Source of the DNA: a bacterium
GTDB lineage: Bacteria > Caldisericota > Caldisericia > UBA6126
Assembly: GCA_021372585.1 (NCBI GenBank)
Contig: JAJFUD010000065.1
Coordinates: forward strand, 2,640 to 66,639
Length of the DNA: 64,000 bases
Reading direction: 5' to 3'
Part shown: piece after piece, positions 28,024 through 36,178 of the stretch
How the letters are laid out: every line of letters starts with the position of its first letter
Position numbering within the stretch: the stretch's first letter is position 1
The notes under the pieces: generated by a model
Databases searched by the model: none
Seen by the model: the letters and a program-made list of their open reading frames with translations, nothing else
Told to the model about the DNA's origin: nothing
Translations under genes and position numbers: made by a program

Positions 28024-29565
28024 TTGCTTCATAATTTTTTTATAACTACCTTGTATAGTATTGACATGAAATACGACAACATGAGACCGATGCAGTACAT
28101 CAGAACTTTTTTTCTTTTTATGTTTATCGCTTATTCGCTGGTTGCGTTTACTCCCCCTATATTCTCCTGCGAATTGTATATAAGCCCGTCAAACATGGAT
28201 ATTAACCAGCATGAAAAACAAACCATCACAATTAGTAGACAGATAATTCATAAAAAATGTAAGCAGGATGTATCAGGAATTGTCATCAATGCGGAGAATT
28301 GCCAGATTGAATCTCAAACTGATTGGGTTGTCGAAGGCTTCAACTGGAAAAAAGAAGTCGTGGTGCTCTTTCCAACCACGGGTGATGCTTATATTACCAT
28401 CTCCAACACCTGTGAATTGTTTCCTATTCGTCCATACAAAGCTGTTTTTCATGTGAAAGAATTGATTCAGGAAGACCCCATTCCGCCACCGCCAATAACA
28501 ACGGAGCCCTCTCCCCCTCCTGCCACAGAATCACCTGCCCCTGAGACTCCCCCTGTAGAATCGAATCCGATCCCACTCCCGGTTGAAACCAAGCCACAGC
28601 CATCTATTCAGGAAAAACCGCCTTCTCCTCCCTCTGTTGCTCCCGTACTTCCCACTGCCAATATTTCCACGCCTTCCCCTGGATCAGGATTGAGTGATCC
28701 GCCTGTAGCGTCAGAACTTACCACCCAAAACGCAGAGAGTGAAATCAGCAAGACAAGTGAAAAAGCACCTGCTTCACAACAAAAATGGTCTGATTATTTT
28801 ATGAAGTATGAGTTTTATACATTAATCATGCTCTTATTCATCTCGATCATCCTCAATATTTCTTTCCAGAATAAATTTCGATACTTGATCAATCTGGTTT
28901 CGCTTGGATACCTTGGCTTCTATACAGGAGGTTGTTTGTGCACGATCGGTTTGGTCGAGAAAGTTCCGCTGTTTGGCTTCTCCACACCATTGGGTATCTT
29001 TTCAGTCGTGTTCTTGTCTTTGCTTTTTGTGCTCAGTATGGTGTTCGGCAGGGTGTTTTGCGGATGGATTTGTCCTCACGGAGTCTTGCAAGAGTTTTTA
29101 TTCAGATTTCCAGTGATATCCCACTCTAAAAAAAAGAAATTCCCGTGGACTATAGTGTTGCCTGGATTCGTATTTTTCTCGGTATTCATGATCTCCTTTA
29201 TCTGGAAAATTTCTTTATTATGCGAATATGATCCATTTAAAATTCCCTTTCAGTTATCCGGAACTATCCTATTATTAATTTTCTTTAGCTTAGTAGGTTT
29301 TACAGCTCTTTTTTTTCACAGACCTTTCTGTAAGTATGTATGCCCATTAGGCTTCTTGCTTGGGTTGGCATCATGGTTGGGAGAAAAGCTAAAGATACGA
29401 TGGATCGGAAAATCTGTCGAATGCGAGAATTGTTCAGTCTGCAGAAAAACCTGTCTATCTGAAGCGCTCAGGAAAAAAGGTACCTCATTACAGATCGATG
29501 CTTTTTCCTGCATCGAATGTGGATCATGTCATGAGAAGTGCTCAATTCAACAAAAACGAAAATAA
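28024..29565 (+). CDS. NapH/MauN/CcoG-like membrane polyferredoxin with N-terminal extracytoplasmic domain and Pro-rich linker
   Basis: Signal/anchor, about 130 aa N-domain, then about 90 aa Pro/Ser/Thr/Glu-rich linker. TM region carrying CGWICPHG and CKYVCPLG (CX3CP) motifs. C-terminal two CxxCxxCxxxC ferredoxin motifs. Exact start codon uncertain (several in-frame Met, no clear RBS). Confidence 0.65.
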   Translation: MLHNFFITTLYSIDMKYDNMRPMQYIRTFFLFMFIAYSLVAFTPPIFSCELYISPSNMDINQHEKQTITISRQIIHKKCKQDVSGIVINAENCQIESQTDWVVEGFNWKKEVVVLFPTTGDAYITISNTCELFPIRPYKAVFHVKELIQEDPIPPPPITTEPSPPPATESPAPETPPVESNPIPLPVETKPQPSIQEKPPSPPSVAPVLPTANISTPSPGSGLSDPPVASELTTQNAESEISKTSEKAPASQQKWSDYFMKYEFYTLIMLLFISIILNISFQNKFRYLINLVSLGYLGFYTGGCLCTIGLVEKVPLFGFSTPLGIFSVVFLSLLFVLSMVFGRVFCGWICPHGVLQEFLFRFPVISHSKKKKFPWTIVLPGFVFFSVFMISFIWKISLLCEYDPFKIPFQLSGTILLLIFFSLVGFTALFFHRPFCKYVCPLGFLLGLASWLGEKLKIRWIGKSVECENCSVCRKTCLSEALRKKGTSLQIDAFSCIECGSCHEKCSIQQKRK

Positions 29566-29572
29566 AAGGGGC

Positions 29573-29612
29573 AAAAAAACGGACTGGACATCACGCCCAG
29601 TCCGTGATGTTT
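29573..29612 (-). terminator. Rho-independent terminator of the RRM-protein gene (minus strand)
   Basis: Plus strand shows A7 then GGACTGG-loop-CCAGTCC. On the minus strand this is a 7-bp stem followed by a T-run. An alternative overlapping stem ACATCAC/GTGATGT is also possible. Confidence 0.6.
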
Positions 29613-29634
29613 CTAAAGTAATTGCTTGTTGTTA

Positions 29635-29934
29635 TTACCAGGAGCGGTTACGGTTAAAATTGGATCTTGGTTTGCTGTCACGGGATCTTTCTTCTCTTGG
29701 TCTTGCTTCGGCAACATTAATCTGTCTGCCTTTCACGCTTTTGCCATTTAATGCTGCAATAGAAGCATTTGCCTCTTCATCGTTAGGCATTTCAACGAAA
29801 GCAAAACCTCTGGAACGATTAGTCATCTTATCTTTCAGAATTGACAAAGAGCTAATCTGACCAAACTGGCTGAATTCTTCTCTTAATTCATCTTCGGTCA
29901 TGTCAAACGATAAATTTCCTACAAAAATGTTCAT
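29635..29934 (-). CDS. RNA-binding protein, single RRM domain (glycine-poor, Rbp-like)
   Basis: RNP-2 IFVGNL and RNP-1 RGFAFVEM. Start set at MNIFVGNL (29934), which has GGAGGG upstream. Confidence 0.8.
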   Translation of the reverse strand: MNIFVGNLSFDMTEDELREEFSQFGQISSLSILKDKMTNRSRGFAFVEMPNDEEANASIAALNGKSVKGRQINVAEARPREERSRDSKPRSNFNRNRSW

Positions 29935-30196
29935 ATTCCCTCCAACACTTTTCAATTTTTGTTCACTTGATCTATCATGTTGGAGAACGTGTACCGATCT
30001 TAACCAACACGCGAACAGTAATAACGAAAAAATATACTATCATGTTTTGAATAAAATTCAATTTTTTTTTGACATAAAAAGAATTTTTTTAAAAGATCCA
30101 ACGGAAAAAACAAAGATGCAAAATTTTGAGATTGTGGATATAATCAAAAAAAGGCTTTTAAGATATCAGGTGCCTTAGAGAGGTTGGCTAACAGAA

Positions 30197-31312
30197 TTGA
30201 CTGAAATAAACCGAAGAATAATGAATAATCCGCATTATCCATTTCTGCTAACCATCATCAGCTTACTGCTTTTTGGTATTATTTCGATTTACAGCGCCAG
30301 TTTTTCAATGCAAGCCTCACAAGTCCTGATGATGAAGCACTTTATTTTTATAGGTTTGGGGTTCATATTGTTTACTCTGATTATCTTTCTTCCCAGAGAT
30401 AGTTTTCAGGATATCACTTCTGCTTTTTATTGGGTATCGATCTCACTTTTATTGGTTCTGCTCGTATACCGAATTCTTCATATCGGAAATGAATCAGTGT
30501 ATCGTTGGATACAAATCGGATCTACAAAACTTTTTCAACCGTCAGAATTTATCAAAATAGCCCTAATTCTAATGCTTGCAAAAGTGTATACAAATCCAAA
30601 GAAATCGAATTGGAGAGCTTTTTTTGAGGGAAGTATGTATTCTGTTCTCCCCTTTTTCCTGGTGATGCTTCAACCAGATCTTGGTTCCGCTTCGATAATA
30701 TTGCTGATCTTTCTTAGTATGACCTTTATATCAAGACTTGGATTTGGTTACGTTTTATTATCAAACGGACTGATGGTTCTGGCTTTTTTTCCTGCCAGAA
30801 AATACCTGATTCATGATTATCAGATCCAACGAATATTAACATTTCTGAATCCTGAAGCGGATCCAACCGGCGAAGGATGGAGTATCATGCAAGCCTTAAT
30901 TGCTATCGGTTCAGGAGGTATTCACGGAAAAGGTTTCCTGCAGGGTACACAATCCAAAATGCGGTTTCTTCCGGATACACAGTATTCTGATTTTATCTTT
31001 TCAGTGATCGGGGAGGAATTTGGATTATTGGGTAGTTTATTACTCATTGTTTTATTTATTGCCCTCCTTATGTGTACATTAGATATCTTTTTGCATTCAG
31101 AATCAAATTACTTGAAAATTGTCGTGCTAGGCGTAGCATGCTATTGGTTGATCCAATTTTTTACCAATATAGCTATGAACATCTCCCTCATGCCGGTAAC
31201 CGGTATACCTTTACCCTTTATCAGTTACGGAGGAAGCGCTTTGCTGACAAATTTTATAGCAGCGGGAATTGTCTACTATGCTCAAATTCATCGAAAAAAA
31301 ATCGAGTTTTAA
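30197..31312 (+). CDS. SEDS family protein (FtsW/RodA/SpoVE)
   Basis: 10-TM SEDS topology with conserved GxSxxxP and LPDTQYSDFIF..GEE.G region. ORF-track start is TTG. An internal ATG (MNNPHYP) 24 nt downstream is an alternative start. Confidence 0.8.
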   Translation: MTEINRRIMNNPHYPFLLTIISLLLFGIISIYSASFSMQASQVLMMKHFIFIGLGFILFTLIIFLPRDSFQDITSAFYWVSISLLLVLLVYRILHIGNESVYRWIQIGSTKLFQPSEFIKIALILMLAKVYTNPKKSNWRAFFEGSMYSVLPFFLVMLQPDLGSASIILLIFLSMTFISRLGFGYVLLSNGLMVLAFFPARKYLIHDYQIQRILTFLNPEADPTGEGWSIMQALIAIGSGGIHGKGFLQGTQSKMRFLPDTQYSDFIFSVIGEEFGLLGSLLLIVLFIALLMCTLDIFLHSESNYLKIVVLGVACYWLIQFFTNIAMNISLMPVTGIPLPFISYGGSALLTNFIAAGIVYYAQIHRKKIEF

Positions 31313-31357
31313 TCCCCACCAAAAAATTCAAAAAAAAGCTAGTATAATAAAGGTATT

Positions 31358-34285
31358 ATGCGAAAAAAGTGTTCTGCATTGATAATAGGATTTGGTATTT
31401 TTATTTCTATTCTCTTTTCACCTATGATTCAGATTGCCGGAATACAAGATATCCAGATCACCGTTAAACCGAGACGAATAGGAACGAAAGCTACCTATTT
31501 AGTGGTGATGAAATTAGACAAAGCATTAGAAGTCCATGACTGGATAAAAGTAACGTGGCCAAAAGAAGCTAAATTACCGGAACTGCCGGAGGATCCGATA
31601 GAAAGAACCAATGAGCTGAAAAGAATTATTGAATCCATCTATATCGGTGCCTCTCCTTGCTCAGCCTGTCAAGGCTTACCTGAGATTAACTACCGTGAAA
31701 ATTCTATAAAATTCAACATCCACATGGAATTAAATCCGGCTATTCCGGGGTATGAAAAGGTCAACCTGACTATTACAGATAGGGTAGGGATTGTAAACCC
31801 TGCCATTCCTGGTTTTTATAAGCTCAAGATTTCCACGGCAAAAGAGATTGAAACATTTGTTTCCGAGACGTTTGAAATTGTGGAAAGCCATTTAGGGGAG
31901 CCAACCGGTATCCCGGTAGTCACGCCTTCCCCGGCAGGTTTTTTTCAAAATGCTTCTTATGAAATACGTTTTCGAGTTGGTCGCGGCGGGCAGATGTCTT
32001 TCAATCAAAGCAGAATCAGAATTCGTTTCCCCGAGGAGATACGTTTCGCTTATGATCTGGATAAGATTCCGGTTTATTCAATTAAAGTTAATGATAAACC
32101 TAATAACAACCGATTCGCTCTTTCTGACCAGACAATCACCCTTATCACGCCTGTAGACGTTGATAATAGCGGAGAAGTCAAAGTATTGTTTGAAAAAGAA
32201 TTTGGATTAATCAATCCTGTTGAATCCGGAACCTTTTTTTTAGAGGTTTCGACATCGGAAGATTCTCTTTGGGTTAGATCAGAACCTTTTCAAATTGAGA
32301 AACAAGGTTCCAGTTTGCGCATTCAACCCAATAAAACAAACCAAAGAGTGGATATCCAGTTTGTGATCACTTTACCATCGGACTTATTCGATATGAATCC
32401 TCTGATAGTGGAATTTCCTGATTCTTTTTCCATACCCATGAAAATTAACAATAACACGATCTTAATCAACAATGTGCCTTCTCAAAAAATCACTATCCAA
32501 AAAAACACCATTGTCATTTATCCCTCTAGGACAACAAACAAATTTACTCCGTTAACCATTCATATTCAAAAGGAAACTGAGATTCGCAATCCGAAAACAG
32601 AAGGTCCCATTCGGCTTCTGTACAAAACTAACCAAGACAGTGAGTATTTTTTTACGGATGAAGTCATGATTGAGACAGCCACTTTTGAGATCAACCTTCT
32701 CGAGATAGAGCCATCTAATGCTTCTTCGACAGCAAAATATAAAATTTCATTTACGGTTGAGTTTCAAGAAGGTCTGGCCAAAGGCGATTCCCTTTGGATT
32801 CAATTCCCCAACGGAACCATTCTTCCTACCCAATTCGACCTTTCGCTAGTTTTACTGTATGGTGCCAATCCACTCTCAATTCAGATTTATCCCTCTAATC
32901 TGGTTGAATTTCAACTACCTTATTCCGTCAGAAGCGAAGAAACCTTAGTGTTGCAGATTGAAAAAAATATTGGGATTCAAAATCCACCGCAATACGAGGA
33001 AAAAACTCCTTTTCTTGCTTGGTTTTCCGCAAATCCTAATGAAAAAAGAACCGTCTATTTTCAATTCAACCCTCCTTGTCCAAAAACTTCAATATCCTTA
33101 ACAGAAGGAATACAAGGCAAGAATAATTGGTATATACAGCCTCCGATATTGCATCTTTCTGCCAACCAGAAAGAGGTAAAAACATATTTATATTGGAATG
33201 ATGAGCCTGAGAAAGAATTGCTGTATTCCCAGCCGGAGAAGCTGATGCCTGGTCAATATATCAGCAAGTTGTCTTTTTATTCTGTGGGACCTTATGGAAC
33301 AGAAGAAGTCCAATCTGTAAATATTCAGATAGATACTACTAAACCTATTTTTACACTTCAGAACCCCTTTAAAGATACGAACAATAAAACCAACAAAAAA
33401 GAGTTGGAATGGATTGGGGAAGCAAATTCGGAACAATTAGACAAATTCTTTGAGAAAATTCAAGTATATCCTTCCTACATTACGGTGAACGACCAAGTTT
33501 TTCCGATTGATGAATCCGGTCACTTTTCAGTACAAACCAAAAATCAACCAGGGGAAAATACTTTCTTTTTCAAAGTAGAAGATGCTGCCGGCAACTTTAG
33601 TACAGAAAGAAGAATTGTCCTGGCGAAATTCACCCCTCCCTCTCTTTCGATTCTCTCCCCAGCCTTGAATGCTACCATCACAACAACCTATTTCAAAATA
33701 ATAGGAAAAACAGATCCTCAAATCCTTGTCAGTTACGACAACCATACTGTAGAGGTGGACAAAGATGGGAAATTTTCTTTTCCTTACCCGCTTACCCATT
33801 TCGGGAAGCAGAAAGTGGAATTATCAGCACTGGATGAATATGGTAATACGAACATCTTAATACATACTTTTTGGTTTGGAGTCGATTTGCTTTTGACGAT
33901 CAATCAAAAGAAGACGATTGTAAATGAAAAAGAAGTGATCCTTGCATACCCTCCCTTTATTCAGTCCGGGAGAACTTTTGTACCATTCCGTTTCCTGGGG
34001 GAACAGCTAGGAGCGACAGTTCAGTACACTGTCGATTCAAAAACAAAACGGGTGAATACCATTTCTTATGAGTTGGAAAATAAACGTATCATACTATATT
34101 TAGCAAAAAAAACGATTCAGGTGAATGGAACATCCTACCCGTTGGATCCGGTACCCATTATTCAAAATGGTACAACTTTTATACCTGTTCGTATTGTTAG
34201 CGAATTTATGAACTGCAGTGTGTTTTGGGATCAAGAAAAACAACAAGTTCGAATCGAATTTCCAATTCTGGAGGCTTCTTCTTGA
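31358..34285 (+). CDS. Large secreted surface protein (975 aa) with two tandem C-terminal Cu-amine-oxidase-N-like domains; S-layer/cell-surface candidate
   Basis: Signal peptide. Long beta-rich region with no catalytic motif recognised. Last approx 190 aa are two Cu_amine_oxidN1-type repeats (RTFVPFRFLGEQLGATVQY..., TTFIPVRIVSEFMNCSVFWD). Confidence 0.65.
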   Translation: MRKKCSALIIGFGIFISILFSPMIQIAGIQDIQITVKPRRIGTKATYLVVMKLDKALEVHDWIKVTWPKEAKLPELPEDPIERTNELKRIIESIYIGASPCSACQGLPEINYRENSIKFNIHMELNPAIPGYEKVNLTITDRVGIVNPAIPGFYKLKISTAKEIETFVSETFEIVESHLGEPTGIPVVTPSPAGFFQNASYEIRFRVGRGGQMSFNQSRIRIRFPEEIRFAYDLDKIPVYSIKVNDKPNNNRFALSDQTITLITPVDVDNSGEVKVLFEKEFGLINPVESGTFFLEVSTSEDSLWVRSEPFQIEKQGSSLRIQPNKTNQRVDIQFVITLPSDLFDMNPLIVEFPDSFSIPMKINNNTILINNVPSQKITIQKNTIVIYPSRTTNKFTPLTIHIQKETEIRNPKTEGPIRLLYKTNQDSEYFFTDEVMIETATFEINLLEIEPSNASSTAKYKISFTVEFQEGLAKGDSLWIQFPNGTILPTQFDLSLVLLYGANPLSIQIYPSNLVEFQLPYSVRSEETLVLQIEKNIGIQNPPQYEEKTPFLAWFSANPNEKRTVYFQFNPPCPKTSISLTEGIQGKNNWYIQPPILHLSANQKEVKTYLYWNDEPEKELLYSQPEKLMPGQYISKLSFYSVGPYGTEEVQSVNIQIDTTKPIFTLQNPFKDTNNKTNKKELEWIGEANSEQLDKFFEKIQVYPSYITVNDQVFPIDESGHFSVQTKNQPGENTFFFKVEDAAGNFSTERRIVLAKFTPPSLSILSPALNATITTTYFKIIGKTDPQILVSYDNHTVEVDKDGKFSFPYPLTHFGKQKVELSALDEYGNTNILIHTFWFGVDLLLTINQKKTIVNEKEVILAYPPFIQSGRTFVPFRFLGEQLGATVQYTVDSKTKRVNTISYELENKRIILYLAKKTIQVNGTSYPLDPVPIIQNGTTFIPVRIVSEFMNCSVFWDQEKQQVRIEFPILEASS

Positions 34286-35103
34286 GTACTTATATTCGAT
34301 ATCCCAATTATGGCGGTAGGTTTGGATTCTACCCTGATAATCCATCCATGTTGAAGAATTTTATTAAATCAGTCACTGATTTGCCCAACAAACAGATAGA
34401 GGGAAAGGGTGTTATTGTACCTCATGCAGGATATCCTTATTCCGGTAAAACACTCTACAAAACACTGAAAGCATTGAAAACTTTCCCTGAAACTATCATT
34501 ATCATTGGACCCAATCATTCCGGTTTAGGCCAAGATGTCGCCATGATTTCAGAAGGATCTTGGCAGATCATGGGAAAATCGATCCAGATTAATTCCGGTC
34601 TTGCCAAAAGTATCCAACAAGTTTCCCGTATCGTTCAAAATGATTATACCTCACACCAGAAAGAACATTCCATTGAGGTGATTCTGCCATTGCTTCTTTC
34701 CATCCAACCGGAATTTCGATTAGTACCTATTATCATGCGAAATTACCATCCAAGTGTTGTGGAGGATATTTCTCAAGCCATTATTTTTTCATTTCAAACC
34801 CAATCTTCCACCCCTTTAGTGATAGCATCCAGTGATATGTCTCATTATGTCTCGCAAATAGAAGCCAAACGGAAAGATGAGATTGCTTTTCAAGCTATTC
34901 GACATCTGGACGGAAAACAGTTATTGAGCTCTGTTCAGCAGGAGCATATCAGCATGTGCGGAAGCGGACCGGTTGCTGTGGCTATGAATATCGCAAAAAG
35001 CCAGGGGGCTACCCAGGCAACCTTAATCGACTACACAGATTCTTCAGAGGAGACAAAAGATACCAGCGAAGTTGTTAGTTATGCTGGCTTTATCTTTCAT
35101 TAA
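34282..35103 (+). CDS. MEMO1 / AmmeMemoRadiSam-system-protein-B family protein
   Basis: Motifs GRFGFYP, VPHAGYPYSG, IIGPNHSG, IASSDMSHY. Start proposed at TTG 34282 (RBS TGGAGG 7 nt upstream), overlapping the stop of the preceding gene as TTGA. The longer ORF-track start at 34225 would be fully embedded in the previous gene. Confidence 0.7.
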   Translation: MSTYIRYPNYGGRFGFYPDNPSMLKNFIKSVTDLPNKQIEGKGVIVPHAGYPYSGKTLYKTLKALKTFPETIIIIGPNHSGLGQDVAMISEGSWQIMGKSIQINSGLAKSIQQVSRIVQNDYTSHQKEHSIEVILPLLLSIQPEFRLVPIIMRNYHPSVVEDISQAIIFSFQTQSSTPLVIASSDMSHYVSQIEAKRKDEIAFQAIRHLDGKQLLSSVQQEHISMCGSGPVAVAMNIAKSQGATQATLIDYTDSSEETKDTSEVVSYAGFIFH

Positions 35104-35227
35104 TCATGGTATCTCAGCAAGTTCTGTATAATTATTTTTGTTTGTTTGATACAGCTTTCCAGTCTTTTCCTGTAAGCAACCGACCTATCCAATCTATACA
35201 GAGGAATAACCTATCAAGGGAGGATTT

Positions 35228-36178
35228 ATGAAAATTGTTGTTGCCGTAGGGGGGAACTCCCTTATCAAAGAGAACCACTTGATCTCTTCTGAGGATCAGC
35301 TAAAACAAGCTATCGCTACGAGTAAGCCTATAGGCTCATTGATTGAACAAGGACATCATGTTGTGATCGTACATGGAAATGGTCCCCAAGTCGGATTCCT
35401 GCTAAAAATGTCAGAGAACTCCGCCCACGAAATTCCACTTTTTCCTTTGGATTATTGTGTAGCCAATACTCAGGGATCTATCGGATACCAGCTTCAAAAT
35501 GCCCTTCATCGGTCGTTATTGGAAAAAGGAATCACGAAATCAGTAGTAACGATTGTAACCCAGGTAGAAGTGTCGCCTGACGATCCTGCTTTCCAAAACC
35601 CAACGAAACCTATCGGCTCATTTTTATCAAAAGAAGTCATTGAGGAATATGCAAAAAATCTGCATTGGCATTATATCGAGGATTCAGGGCGTGGTTACAG
35701 GCGTGTAGTACCCTCCCCGAAACCTCTGGATATCGTTGAAAAAGAGGTTATCAATACATTGCTGGAAAATGATCATATCGTCATTGCAGCGGGTGGCGGT
35801 GGAATACCCGTAGTGAAGAAAGAATTTGGATATGAAGGGATTGAAGCGGTTATCGATAAAGATTTTGCCTCCTCATTGCTGGCAATAGAAATTCACGCTG
35901 ACCTGTTTGTCATTTCTACAGCAGTAGAATATGCCTATATTCACTTTAATCAACCCCAGGAAAAAGCCTTGCGGGAAGTGAAAGCAGATCAGATGGAAAA
36001 ATATCTGAAAGAAGGATTTTTCGGAATAGGCAGCATGGAACCAAAAATAAAAGCTTGTATTCAATTTGTAAGAGCCACAAATAAGCCCGCCCTCATTACT
36101 TGTCCGGATAAAATTTCCGAAGCAATACAGGGAAAAAGCGGCACAATCATTGTATCTGAACAGGGAGGAAAAGCATGA
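35228..36178 (+). CDS. arcC: Carbamate kinase
   Basis: MKIVVAVGGNSL and HGNGPQVG signature. RBS GGGAGG upstream. Confidence 0.85.
   Translation: MKIVVAVGGNSLIKENHLISSEDQLKQAIATSKPIGSLIEQGHHVVIVHGNGPQVGFLLKMSENSAHEIPLFPLDYCVANTQGSIGYQLQNALHRSLLEKGITKSVVTIVTQVEVSPDDPAFQNPTKPIGSFLSKEVIEEYAKNLHWHYIEDSGRGYRRVVPSPKPLDIVEKEVINTLLENDHIVIAAGGGGIPVVKKEFGYEGIEAVIDKDFASSLLAIEIHADLFVISTAVEYAYIHFNQPQEKALREVKADQMEKYLKEGFFGIGSMEPKIKACIQFVRATNKPALITCPDKISEAIQGKSGTIIVSEQGGKA

Noticed and set aside
29900-30178. 92-aa ORF in the RRM/ftsW intergenic region
   Set aside because: It starts inside the RRM gene on the opposite strand and runs through AT-rich promoter-like DNA. The translation is Phe/Ile/Lys low-complexity typical of AT-rich non-coding sequence.
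31072-31347. 91-aa ORF overlapping the 3' end of the SEDS gene
   Set aside because: It is in the alternate frame of the conserved FtsW/RodA C-terminus and has no independent support.
34225-35103. AmmeMemoRadiSam three-gene system
   Set aside because: Only the MEMO-like (protein B) member is present. No AMMECR1-domain or radical-SAM gene is adjacent, so the system is not called.
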